Below are positions 56,752 to 64,000 of a stretch of DNA of 64,000 nucleotides, piece by piece (within the stretch, counting starts at the first letter, position 1; the number at the start of each line of letters is the position of its first letter). Both the position numbers and the translations under genes were made by a program. The DNA comes from a candidate division WOR-3 bacterium (GTDB lineage: Bacteria; SDB-A): assembly GCA_016926475.1 (NCBI GenBank), contig JAFGON010000040.1, positions 10,849 to 74,848 of the forward strand. The letters run 5' to 3'. The notes beneath the pieces are model-generated. The model ran no database searches and had not been told where the DNA came from. It saw only the letters and a program-made list of their open reading frames with translations.

Positions 56752-59700
56752 GAGTTTATCTTATCTTTTTCAAGTATTTTATCCCAGTTGATGTTTCCGG
56801 ATTCCGCGATAAAATCGTCAAGTGCCTTTTTTAGTTCTTTCAGCAGATTCACGCAGGCTTGCAAGTCATTGTTCAATGCTGAAACTTCGATATTTTCAGA
56901 CAAGAAACGAATTTTTTCAGCTCCTATGTAAGATGCGCCTCCTTTTATCGAATGAGAAATTCGCGAAGCGTTTTGGAAATCAGACTTTTCAAAGCATTCA
57001 GACAGTGTTACGATTTCATTCGGGGTCTGTTCAATGAAGATCTCCACGAGTTCTTTGAGCATATTCTCTTGTTCCGAATACCTTTTCAGGGCTTCAACAA
57101 TTTTAAAATTTTCTGAGTTGGACAAGTTGCTGAATCTGCTGACATTGTCTGGATCATTCTTGATTTCACCCAAAACCCATTTTTGCAAAGAATGTTTGAT
57201 ATCTTTGACCGTGACCGGTTTTCGTATATAGTCATTCATCCCCCGGGAAATACATTTTTCTTTGTCGTCTTTGTTGATGTTTGCTGTGAGTGCTATTATC
57301 GGAGGTTGGTTGCAGGTTTCACCGAGTTTTCTTATCTCCTCGGCAGCTTGATAGCCGTCCATCTCGGGCATTTGTATATCCATGTAAACTACGTCAAAAG
57401 AACTACCGGACAAAAATATCTCCAGAGCTTTATTCCCGTTTTCAGCGGTTTCTACCCGACAACCTAGTTTTTCAAGCATTGTTTTCACTACTTTGCAACT
57501 GATCAAGTTGTCTTCCACAAGAAGAACAGTGAATGGGTATTTGTCTGAAAATTCGTCGACAATTTTTTGCTTTTTGGTTTGGATAAAATTTTTAGTTTTG
57601 GATGTTTTTTGAGTTTGATCTTGATCGAGAGCCTTTTTTACAGCAAAAAACAAATCAGCTCGGCTGACTGGCTTGGAAAGATAAGATGAAAAACCTGAAG
57701 CTAAGAAAAGGTTTTCATCGACGAATTTTCCTACGGAAGACATCATGATCAGGGAAATTCCGGCGATTCTTGGATCTGATTTGATAGCTCTTCCCAAAGC
57801 TTCTCCGTCCATTTCCGGCATCAAGTAATCTATGAGAGCAAGTTTATACGGGTTGCCTTCGTTGAAAGATCTGTAAATTGCCTTCAAAGCTTCCAAAGCG
57901 TTTGAAAAGATGTCGAATTTCATATTCCAAGTCTGCAGGAATTCAGAGAATATTTTTAGGTTGATTTTATTGTCGTCCACCACCAGAACTTTTATCTCTT
58001 CAAAAGAAGGGTCTTGCAGTTTCTCTTGAACATCGCTTTTATCGATCAGAAGGTTGAAAGTGAAAAAAAATTCGGAACCTTTTCCTTGTTCGCTGATGAC
58101 TCCAATTTTACCATGCATGAGTTCAACCAATTTTTTTGCAATGGATAACCCAAGGCCAGTGCCTCCGTATTTTCTTGTGGTCGAGCTGTCAGCTTGGGTG
58201 AAGTTTTCGAAAATGACGTCAAGTTTTTTTTTCGGAATTCCTATGCCTGTGTCTTTGACTGTTACTTTAACCTTTACATTCTCTCGCGAGAGGTTCTGAA
58301 AGCAACAATCCACGAGAATATAACCTTTTTCGGTGAATTTAACCGCATTGCCGACTAGGTTGAAAATAATCTGTCTCAATCTGTTTTCGTCTCCGATAAA
58401 ACGAGTAGGCGCGTCAGGATCGTATCTTATTATCAATTCGATATCTTTGTCATAAGCCAAAGACCTGAAGGATTCAAGCGTTTGAACTATTACTCGTTCA
58501 AGGTTAAAAGATTTTTTTTCGATTTCAATTTTTCCGGCTTCAACTTTAGAAAAGTCAAGAATGTCGTTGACTATGGAAATCAGTGTTTTTGAAGAAATTG
58601 CCGCCATACGGATATAATCTTTTTGTTCTTCTGTGATTTCAGTGTTTTCTAACAAATTGAGCATTCCGATAATCCCGTTTAGAGGGGTTCGGATTTCATG
58701 GCTCATATTTGCCAAAAATTGACTTTTGGCTTTTGTGGCTAACTCTGCTTCTTCTTTGGCCGTTTTTAGTTGGTCTTCAAAAAGCTTTTGCTGTGTGATA
58801 TCCATCGCAAGTTCATACCTCAGCCATCTTCCGTCCGGCCATTTTATCGCTTTGTTGAAATTTTTATACCATTTCCCTGTTTTCTCATTGAAGTGAATCC
58901 ACTTGTATGATTTTTCCAAATTCTTGCCGAAAATATACTTGTTCGGGCAAAAATCGCAGGGTTCATCTTTGTTGTTAATCGCCTTGTAGCACTTTTGCCC
59001 TGTCAAATCGCCGAAATGGTTTTTCAATGTCTTGTTTGAAAAAACAAATTCATACGTGCTGGGGTCAAGCACGTAAATGATTTCTTCAATGCTGTCGAAG
59101 ACGGAAAGAAGCTGATCGTGTTCTCGTTTGATCTCTTTTTCGGATTTCAGCCTTTCTGAGATATCCCTCGAAAGAGAAAACAAAACTTGTTTTCCCTGCC
59201 AAATTCCCTTTTTTACGGAAGTTTCAACGGGAATATAAGATCCGTTTTTTGCCATCAAAGACAGTCGCCATATTCTGCCGTTTTCCGAAATCATCTTTTT
59301 GAAAATTTTTTCCGACAATTTTCTCTGGTTTTTCGGGTAGATTTGATGGACTTTCATCGTGAGCAGTTTCTTTTCCGAGAAGCCGAGTTTTTTGATCAAT
59401 TCCGTATTGGCTTTTATGATTTTGCCTTCAAAATCTATTATGCAGATAAGGTCTTTTAAATTGTTTAAAATGCTGTTTATTTCATTTGAATAATGCCCGA
59501 TCTGTAGTATATTTTTTGAAATTTCTGTGGAAAATAGGATCAGTATTTTTGAAACATGTACGTGTGGTTCAATAATACGTATAGATTTATTTTTTTCAGT
59601 TTTTTTAACAGCGACAAAAAACAAAATTTCTGATTCTTCAAGCTCTATAAATGGGAATAAGAAGACTTTTTGATTATTTTTTATGTCAAAACAAAAAATG

Positions 59701-59978
59701 TCCCCGGCCAGTTTTTTCTCTCTTTGAGGGAGTTTTGAAAATTCAGACTCGATAATTTTTCCAAGTCTTGACGGAAATTTCGTGAAAATGTGGTTAAAAC
59801 CTGATCTGTCGGTTGCCAAAAAACCCGAGTTGTAGCTTTTATCGATTGAATTCACGGATTTAACCGTTTTTTTTACAATTTCAGGAGGTGTAAGAGGCGA
59901 TGAAAAAAAATAATTCAGAATATCTGCGGACACCTGCAATGAGGTTGCTTTTTCAGCGGTCTTAGTCGCCCTTCGCAT
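56748..59978 (-). CDS. Hybrid sensor histidine kinase (PAS-PAS-HisKA-HATPase-REC-REC-HPt)
   Basis: H-box [17 protein letters not shown]-box region. Two receiver domains with conserved Asp (LVVDDN..., LLVEDN...). C-terminal HPt ([13 protein letters not shown]). Confidence 0.85.
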   Translation of the reverse strand: MRRATKTAEKATSLQVSADILNYFFSSPLTPPEIVKKTVKSVNSIDKSYNSGFLATDRSGFNHIFTKFPSRLGKIIESEFSKLPQREKKLAGDIFCFDIKNNQKVFLFPFIELEESEILFFVAVKKTEKNKSIRIIEPHVHVSKILILFSTEISKNILQIGHYSNEINSILNNLKDLICIIDFEGKIIKANTELIKKLGFSEKKLLTMKVHQIYPKNQRKLSEKIFKKMISENGRIWRLSLMAKNGSYIPVETSVKKGIWQGKQVLFSLSRDISERLKSEKEIKREHDQLLSVFDSIEEIIYVLDPSTYEFVFSNKTLKNHFGDLTGQKCYKAINNKDEPCDFCPNKYIFGKNLEKSYKWIHFNEKTGKWYKNFNKAIKWPDGRWLRYELAMDITQQKLFEDQLKTAKEEAELATKAKSQFLANMSHEIRTPLNGIIGMLNLLENTEITEEQKDYIRMAAISSKTLISIVNDILDFSKVEAGKIEIEKKSFNLERVIVQTLESFRSLAYDKDIELIIRYDPDAPTRFIGDENRLRQIIFNLVGNAVKFTEKGYILVDCCFQNLSRENVKVKVTVKDTGIGIPKKKLDVIFENFTQADSSTTRKYGGTGLGLSIAKKLVELMHGKIGVISEQGKGSEFFFTFNLLIDKSDVQEKLQDPSFEEIKVLVVDDNKINLKIFSEFLQTWNMKFDIFSNALEALKAIYRSFNEGNPYKLALIDYLMPEMDGEALGRAIKSDPRIAGISLIMMSSVGKFVDENLFLASGFSSYLSKPVSRADLFFAVKKALDQDQTQKTSKTKNFIQTKKQKIVDEFSDKYPFTVLLVEDNLISCKVVKTMLEKLGCRVETAENGNKALEIFLSGSSFDVVYMDIQMPEMDGYQAAEEIRKLGETCNQPPIIALTANINKDDKEKCISRGMNDYIRKPVTVKDIKHSLQKWVLGEIKNDPDNVSRFSNLSNSENFKIVEALKRYSEQENMLKELVEIFIEQTPNEIVTLSECFEKSDFQNASRISHSIKGGASYIGAEKIRFLSENIEVSALNNDLQACVNLLKELKKALDDFIAESGNINWDKILEKDKINS

Positions 59979-60066
59979 TTTAAAATTATACCACTGGAAA
60001 ATGAATTTGAGTAGGTATGAAAAAAAACTTTATAAAGACAATAATTTCTGATACATTTCCTTTTCC

Positions 60067-60143
60067 GGGCGGATAGTTCAGCTGGTCAGAACGCCTGCCT
60101 TACACGCAGGAGGTCACAGGTTCGAATCCTGTTCCGCCCACCA
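60067..60143 (+). tRNA. tRNA-Val (anticodon TAC)
   Basis: GGGCGGATAGTTCAGCTGGTCAGAACGCCTGCCTTACACGCAGGAGGTCACAGGTTCGAATCCTGTTCCGCCCACCA. Cloverleaf with anticodon loop CTTACAC. CCA encoded. Confidence 0.9.
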
Positions 60144-60236
60144 AAAAAACTGTTTGTGCTCTTTAAACCCTCTTTTCACTTCAACTTCATGGTTTGATGA
60201 CATGAAGTTTTTCAACGCGACTATCAATATAATATT

Positions 60237-60264
60237 GAAAAAGCCCCCGGTTGGACAGGGGCTG
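60237..60264 (-). terminator. Intrinsic terminator downstream of rnfA (minus strand)
   Basis: The minus strand reads CAGCCCC-tgtccaaccg-GGGGCTG followed by TTTTT, 25 nt past the rnfA stop. Confidence 0.55.
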
Positions 60265-60289
60265 AAGGTTTATTAGAGCTAATCGATCA

Positions 60290-60868
60290 TTAGACGTTTA
60301 CGAGGGCGGAAAAACCCATGAAAGCCATTGAAAGAAGAGAGGCGAGAATCAGATTAAGAGGAGTCCCTCTGAAAGGAGCCGGAGGATCTGCTGTTTCAAG
60401 CCTTTCTCTGATGCCTGCCATTATCACGAGAGCCAGGGTAAAACCTATCCCTGCCCCGAGAGCGTAGACAAGAGATACAGCGAGAGAATATTTCTTGAGA
60501 ATGGAATCGATAGCTATACCGAGGATCGCGCAGTTGGTGGTTATCAAAGGAAGGTAAATCCCGAGAGAATGATAAAGGGCGGGGACATTTTTTTTGAGAA
60601 TCATTTCCACGAGCTGGACGAGAGATGCTATGACAAGGATGAAAGTTATAGTTTGTAGGTATGAAATTCCAAGCGGGTTTAAAACATAGTTTTGAAGTGG
60701 CCATGTGACGCTGACAGATAAAACCATGACGAAAATGACGGCAAGCCCCATTCCGATTGCGGAGTCGATTTTTTTACTTACCCCGAGAAAGGGGCAAATT
60801 CCGAGAAATCTGCTGAAGACGAAGTTGTTGACGAGAGCGGCTGAAATGAATATAAGTATAAAGATCAT
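60290..60868 (-). CDS. rnfA: Rnf electron-transport complex subunit A
   Basis: ALVNNFVFSRFLGICPFLGVSKKIDSAIGMGLAVIFVM is a near-identical motif to RnfA/RsxA. Confidence 0.8.
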   Translation of the reverse strand: MIFILIFISAALVNNFVFSRFLGICPFLGVSKKIDSAIGMGLAVIFVMVLSVSVTWPLQNYVLNPLGISYLQTITFILVIASLVQLVEMILKKNVPALYHSLGIYLPLITTNCAILGIAIDSILKKYSLAVSLVYALGAGIGFTLALVIMAGIRERLETADPPAPFRGTPLNLILASLLSMAFMGFSALVNV

Positions 60869-60877
60869 TTTGTCACC

Positions 60878-61486
60878 TCATTTCCTCTTGGCTGTGAAAA
60901 GGTTGACAAAAGCCATCATAAGACCCAACATCAAAAAACCACCCGGTGGAAGAATCATGATGAGCATTGAATTATTCTGGTAAGATTGACCGAGTATATT
61001 TATTCCCAATACTGTACCATTGCCTAAAAGTTCCCTTAAAGAACCGAGGATGAAAAGTGTCAGAGTAAACCCTATGCCCATCCCAAGTCCGTCTAAAAAC
61101 GATAAAAAGATGTTGTTTTTTGAAGCGAAGGCTTCAGCTCTTCCGAGGATAATGCAGTTGACGACGATAAGAGGTATAAATAGTCCGAGAACTTTGTATA
61201 ACTCAAGAAAATAAGCATTCATGACCAGTTGAATTACTGTCACGAAAGAGGCGATGACAACTATGAAGATGGGTATTCTGACTTCGGAGGGCACAAAATT
61301 CCTTATCAATGATATGACTATGTTTGATCCAAGCAAAACGGCTGTCGCGGCTATCCCCATAGCCAAGCCATTTTGTGCGTTGGTTGTGACAGCCAGTGTT
61401 GGACACATCCCGAGGACGATCACGAGAACAGGATTTTCTATTATTATTCCTTTCCAAAATTCGTAGAGAGGAGTGTTTTTTTTCAT
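60878..61486 (-). CDS. rnfE: Rnf complex subunit E
   Basis: VLGMCPTLAVTTNAQNGLAMGIA...LGLFIPLIVVNCIILGRAEAFASK matches RnfE/NqrD-type. Confidence 0.8.
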   Translation of the reverse strand: MKKNTPLYEFWKGIIIENPVLVIVLGMCPTLAVTTNAQNGLAMGIAATAVLLGSNIVISLIRNFVPSEVRIPIFIVVIASFVTVIQLVMNAYFLELYKVLGLFIPLIVVNCIILGRAEAFASKNNIFLSFLDGLGMGIGFTLTLFILGSLRELLGNGTVLGINILGQSYQNNSMLIMILPPGGFLMLGLMMAFVNLFTAKRK

Positions 61487-62073
61487 CTTGATTCCCCTGT
61501 GTTCAATGAATCTACAAGATGAAGACTTTGGTTGACCGCGAAACAGACCGCGCGAGGAGAAATAGTGGCGCCGCTGATCGCATCAATGTCTCCACCGTCT
61601 TTTTTTACAGATAAAGCGCCGTTGACTAAAATCGAGTTGTCTAAAGATTTTCCGGAGAACTGTTCCCTCCAGGTTGAATCGATGACTTTGGCTCCGAGAC
61701 CGGGAGTTTCGCTTTGGCTGAGTATTTCTATTGAAGTTATTGAATTGTCTTTTAAATCGATTCCTGTCAGCACGGTTATTTTTCCTCCGTAACCAATGCC
61801 GGTGTCTTCCAAGGCGATACCGACAGTGTCGCCATTTTTCAGTGCGAGATAACCTTTTTGGATGGTGTCGCCATTTTCTGTCACGAAATAATATGGAGCG
61901 TTAATTGGATTGTTGTCCGGTTCGAGAGATTCGAAAACACTTTCGATTTTAAGCCCTTTCTGGATTATCTCGGCTTTCTGGATCGGCTCTTTTGTAACAC
62001 TGTAAACAATCGCCAGGAGTGAGCCGCATATAACGGTAACTATCGTGAGTGAAAATACCAGTTTAAGCATCAC
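61483..62073 (-). CDS. rnfG: Rnf complex subunit G (FMN-binding)
   Basis: N-terminal TM helix. DAISGATISPRAV is the FMN-attachment S/T-G-A-T motif. Confidence 0.75.
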   Translation of the reverse strand: MMLKLVFSLTIVTVICGSLLAIVYSVTKEPIQKAEIIQKGLKIESVFESLEPDNNPINAPYYFVTENGDTIQKGYLALKNGDTVGIALEDTGIGYGGKITVLTGIDLKDNSITSIEILSQSETPGLGAKVIDSTWREQFSGKSLDNSILVNGALSVKKDGGDIDAISGATISPRAVCFAVNQSLHLVDSLNTGESR

Positions 62074-63167
62074 GCCTCCTTTGTGCCGAAAATTTTAGGC
62101 TTGATGTATCTGTCTATAAGAGGAGTGAAAGCGTTCATTATCAATATCGAATAACTTACTCCCTCTGGGTACCCTCCGTAGGATCTGATCACTACAACCA
62201 GAATTCCCGCTCCCAAACCAAAAATTGCCTGGCCTAAGTTGGACATTGGAGAAGTGACCATGTCCGTTGCCATAAAGAAGGCTCCAATCATCATGCCTCC
62301 TGTTATGACAGCGAAGACGGGGTTGCCAGTGAAGAAACCTTTATGTCCACCGAGAATCCAAGCCAAAACACCAACCGTGAGTATGTAGGTCAAGGGCAGT
62401 CTCCAATTGACTATTTTCATAGCACATAAAAATACCCCTCCGAGCAGCAGGAGAAGAGCAGAAGTCTCTCCTATGCAGCCTCCTGTGTTTCCGAGAAAAA
62501 TATTTTTCAAGGAATCCCACTTATAAAGAGAGGCTACGGAGCCTTCTGCTTTAGCTCTTTGCTCGTCGGTGGAAGCAGGGTTGGAGAGAATTCTCTTGGC
62601 GTCTTTCATGACTCCAAGCGGGGTTGCGGCGGTGACCGCGTCAAGTTCTTCTTGTGTAAGTGTTATCTGAAGATTTGACCTTAATACATCCGCCGAGAAA
62701 CCTGACGAAGTGGATTTGGAAATTACGGGAGCTGTCCAGCTTGCAGTCATGATGGTTGGATAGGCGGCGACGAGAAAGGCGCGACCGATAAGAGCTGGGT
62801 TGAAAATATTGTGACCCAGACCACCGAATATCATCTTGCCGATCAGAATAGCTACAAAAGAACCTACAACCGGTATCCAAATTGGAACTGACGGAGGTAA
62901 ATTAAGAGAGAGAAGCAATCCTGTCAAAGCCGCGCTTCCGTCAGTAAGGCTTTTCAAACCTCTTTTTCGCAGCAGTTCGGCGACAGCTTCAGCCGTCATT
63001 GCTGAAATGACTCCTGTCAGCATTAAAAACCCGGAGTAAGGGCCAAAGAAAAATATTGATGCGATGGAAGAAGGCACCAGTGCAGCTATAACGAGAAGCA
63101 TTATTTTTCTTGTGGTATTTGAGCCTTTTATATGAGGAGAAGAACCGAGTTGAAATCCGTTTGTCAT
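62070..63167 (-). CDS. rnfD: Rnf complex subunit D
   Basis: GGLGHNIFNPALIGRAFL plus the FMN-binding region SGATP...T. The start MTNGF overlaps the rnfC stop (TAATG); the track's longer N-terminus is antisense junk. Confidence 0.8.
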   Translation of the reverse strand: MTNGFQLGSSPHIKGSNTTRKIMLLVIAALVPSSIASIFFFGPYSGFLMLTGVISAMTAEAVAELLRKRGLKSLTDGSAALTGLLLSLNLPPSVPIWIPVVGSFVAILIGKMIFGGLGHNIFNPALIGRAFLVAAYPTIMTASWTAPVISKSTSSGFSADVLRSNLQITLTQEELDAVTAATPLGVMKDAKRILSNPASTDEQRAKAEGSVASLYKWDSLKNIFLGNTGGCIGETSALLLLLGGVFLCAMKIVNWRLPLTYILTVGVLAWILGGHKGFFTGNPVFAVITGGMMIGAFFMATDMVTSPMSNLGQAIFGLGAGILVVVIRSYGGYPEGVSYSILIMNAFTPLIDRYIKPKIFGTKEA

Positions 63168-64000
63168 TAAGCACCTCTCTTTTTCTGAGCGATGATAGTA
63201 TTTTTCGCAAGTCGTATGAGATGAACAAGGTCTATGCCGGCAGGGCAGACAAAACTGCAGGAGCCGCATTCGATGCAATCCATTGCGCCGATCTTTTTGG
63301 CGGTTTCAATGTCTCCGATCTTGGTTCTCTGGGCTAATTCAAATGGCATAAGGCCCATGGGGCAAGCAGAGACGCACTTGGAACATCTAATGCAGTTTGT
63401 TTCTGTTTTTTTCTTCGCCTCGGATTTGTTCAAGACAAGAATTCCTGAAGAACCTTTAAGGATGGGAATTTCATCTGTTCTCTGGTTTATTCCCATCATG
63501 GGTCCTCCCAGAATCAATTTTCCGGGTTCGCCATTGTACCCTCCAAGAAACTTGATTATATCGCTGACAAATGTACCTATAGGCACGTTAAGGTTGGCTC
63601 TCTTGACAACGGCTCCAGTCACCGTAGTCACTCTTGTTACAAGAGGCATGCCATTATAGACAGCGTCGTAAAGAGCGGCGGCAGTTCCTACGTTTTGAAC
63701 GAGGACGTTGACGTCGACTGGAAGACCGCCGGAAGGGACTTCCCTTCCGGTAATCGCATTTATGAGTTGTTTTTCAGCGCCTTGCGGATATTTGGTCTTC
63801 ATGACCTTAACTTCTATCCAATCTTCCTTTTCGCAGATTTTAGTCCATTCTTTGATAGCTTCGGGTTTGTTGGATTCAATTGCTATGTAAGTTTTTTTTG
63901 CTTTGCATGATTTCATCATGAGTTTCGCGCCCAAGAGTATTTTTTCAGGTTGTTCGAGCATCAATCTGTAATCAGCGGTCAGGTATGGTTCGCACTCGGC
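63167..64000 (-). CDS. rnfC: Rnf complex subunit C, C-terminal part (5' end beyond the window edge)
   Basis: Two ferredoxin-type 4Fe-4S motifs (CIRCSKCVSACP, CIECGSCSFVCP) plus the upstream NADH-binding-like region. The ORF is open to position 64000. Confidence 0.75.
   Translation of the reverse strand, partial: AECEPYLTADYRLMLEQPEKILLGAKLMMKSCKAKKTYIAIESNKPEAIKEWTKICEKEDWIEVKVMKTKYPQGAEKQLINAITGREVPSGGLPVDVNVLVQNVGTAAALYDAVYNGMPLVTRVTTVTGAVVKRANLNVPIGTFVSDIIKFLGGYNGEPGKLILGGPMMGINQRTDEIPILKGSSGILVLNKSEAKKKTETNCIRCSKCVSACPMGLMPFELAQRTKIGDIETAKKIGAMDCIECGSCSFVCPAGIDLVHLIRLAKNTIIAQKKRGA

Noticed and set aside
63167-63278. Long N-terminal extension of RnfD (MHRMRLLQFC...)
   Set aside because: It is antisense-frame overlap with the rnfC 3' end. 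The conserved RnfD sequence begins at MTNGF, with a TAATG overlap.
1-64000. Genome-wide UGA recoding, as seen in SR1, Gracilibacteria and some CPR
   Set aside because: Many clearly homologous genes here terminate at TGA in the expected place, including rSAM2, AddA, Nfi and the TBDR. The in-frame TGA at 31058 is therefore an isolated event.
1-64000. CRISPR arrays, IS elements and transposases
   Set aside because: No regularly spaced direct repeats and no transposase/integrase-like ORFs were found on either strand.

Overview
This is a 64-kb chromosomal segment from a low-GC bacterium, on the order of 40% GC. It was probably anaerobic and FCB-superphylum-like: two secreted proteins carry T9SS C-terminal sorting domains, an rnfCDGEA operon is present, and genes are tightly packed with many ATGA/TAATG start-stop overlaps.

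The code is standard: TGA, TAA and TAG all terminate clearly homologous genes. Several genes appear to use TTG or GTG starts, which the ORF track writes as M.

Most of the window is ordinary:
- DNA repair: AddA/AddB helicase-nuclease pair, endonuclease V, an AlkD-like alkylation repair protein, an ATL (alkyltransferase-like) protein, RmuC.
- Translation and RNA: ValRS, MnmA, tmRNA, tRNA-Ser(GGA), tRNA-Val(TAC).
- Transporters: ClC fragment, NSS, CDF, a frameshifted MATE.
- Signalling: cyclase-STAND-TPR protein; hybrid histidine kinase with an HD-GYP response regulator.
- Other enzymes: 5'-nucleotidase, GATase, flavodoxin, adenine deaminase, GNAT.

The stand-out is an unannotated RiPP-like operon at 15075-20040. 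It contains:
- two radical-SAM/SPASM peptide maturases, the first with an N-terminal PqqD-type RRE;
- a soluble SipW/S26-like Ser peptidase fused to a second PqqD-type RRE;
- an HPr-kinase-related P-loop Ser kinase;
- two paralogous ~97-aa precursor-like peptides with a conserved KKKYIKP leader, six regularly spaced conserved Cys in a Gly/Ser/Ala/Thr-rich core, and a conserved Ser-Pro near the C-terminus.

Other second-look items: a T9SS cargo gene interrupted by a single in-frame TGA followed by a SECIS-like GGUC-loop hairpin; a frameshifted MATE gene; a tmRNA with an atypical deduced tag (ANSSYSLAA); and a membrane HEAT-repeat protein with three C-terminal zinc ribbons.

No CRISPR array, transposase or integrase was seen. 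Every functional call rests on motifs I recognise in the translated ORFs, not on database searches. Coordinates I read from the raw text (the tmRNA, both tRNAs, the terminator hairpins, the SECIS-like hairpin) carry a known +/-1 nt uncertainty.
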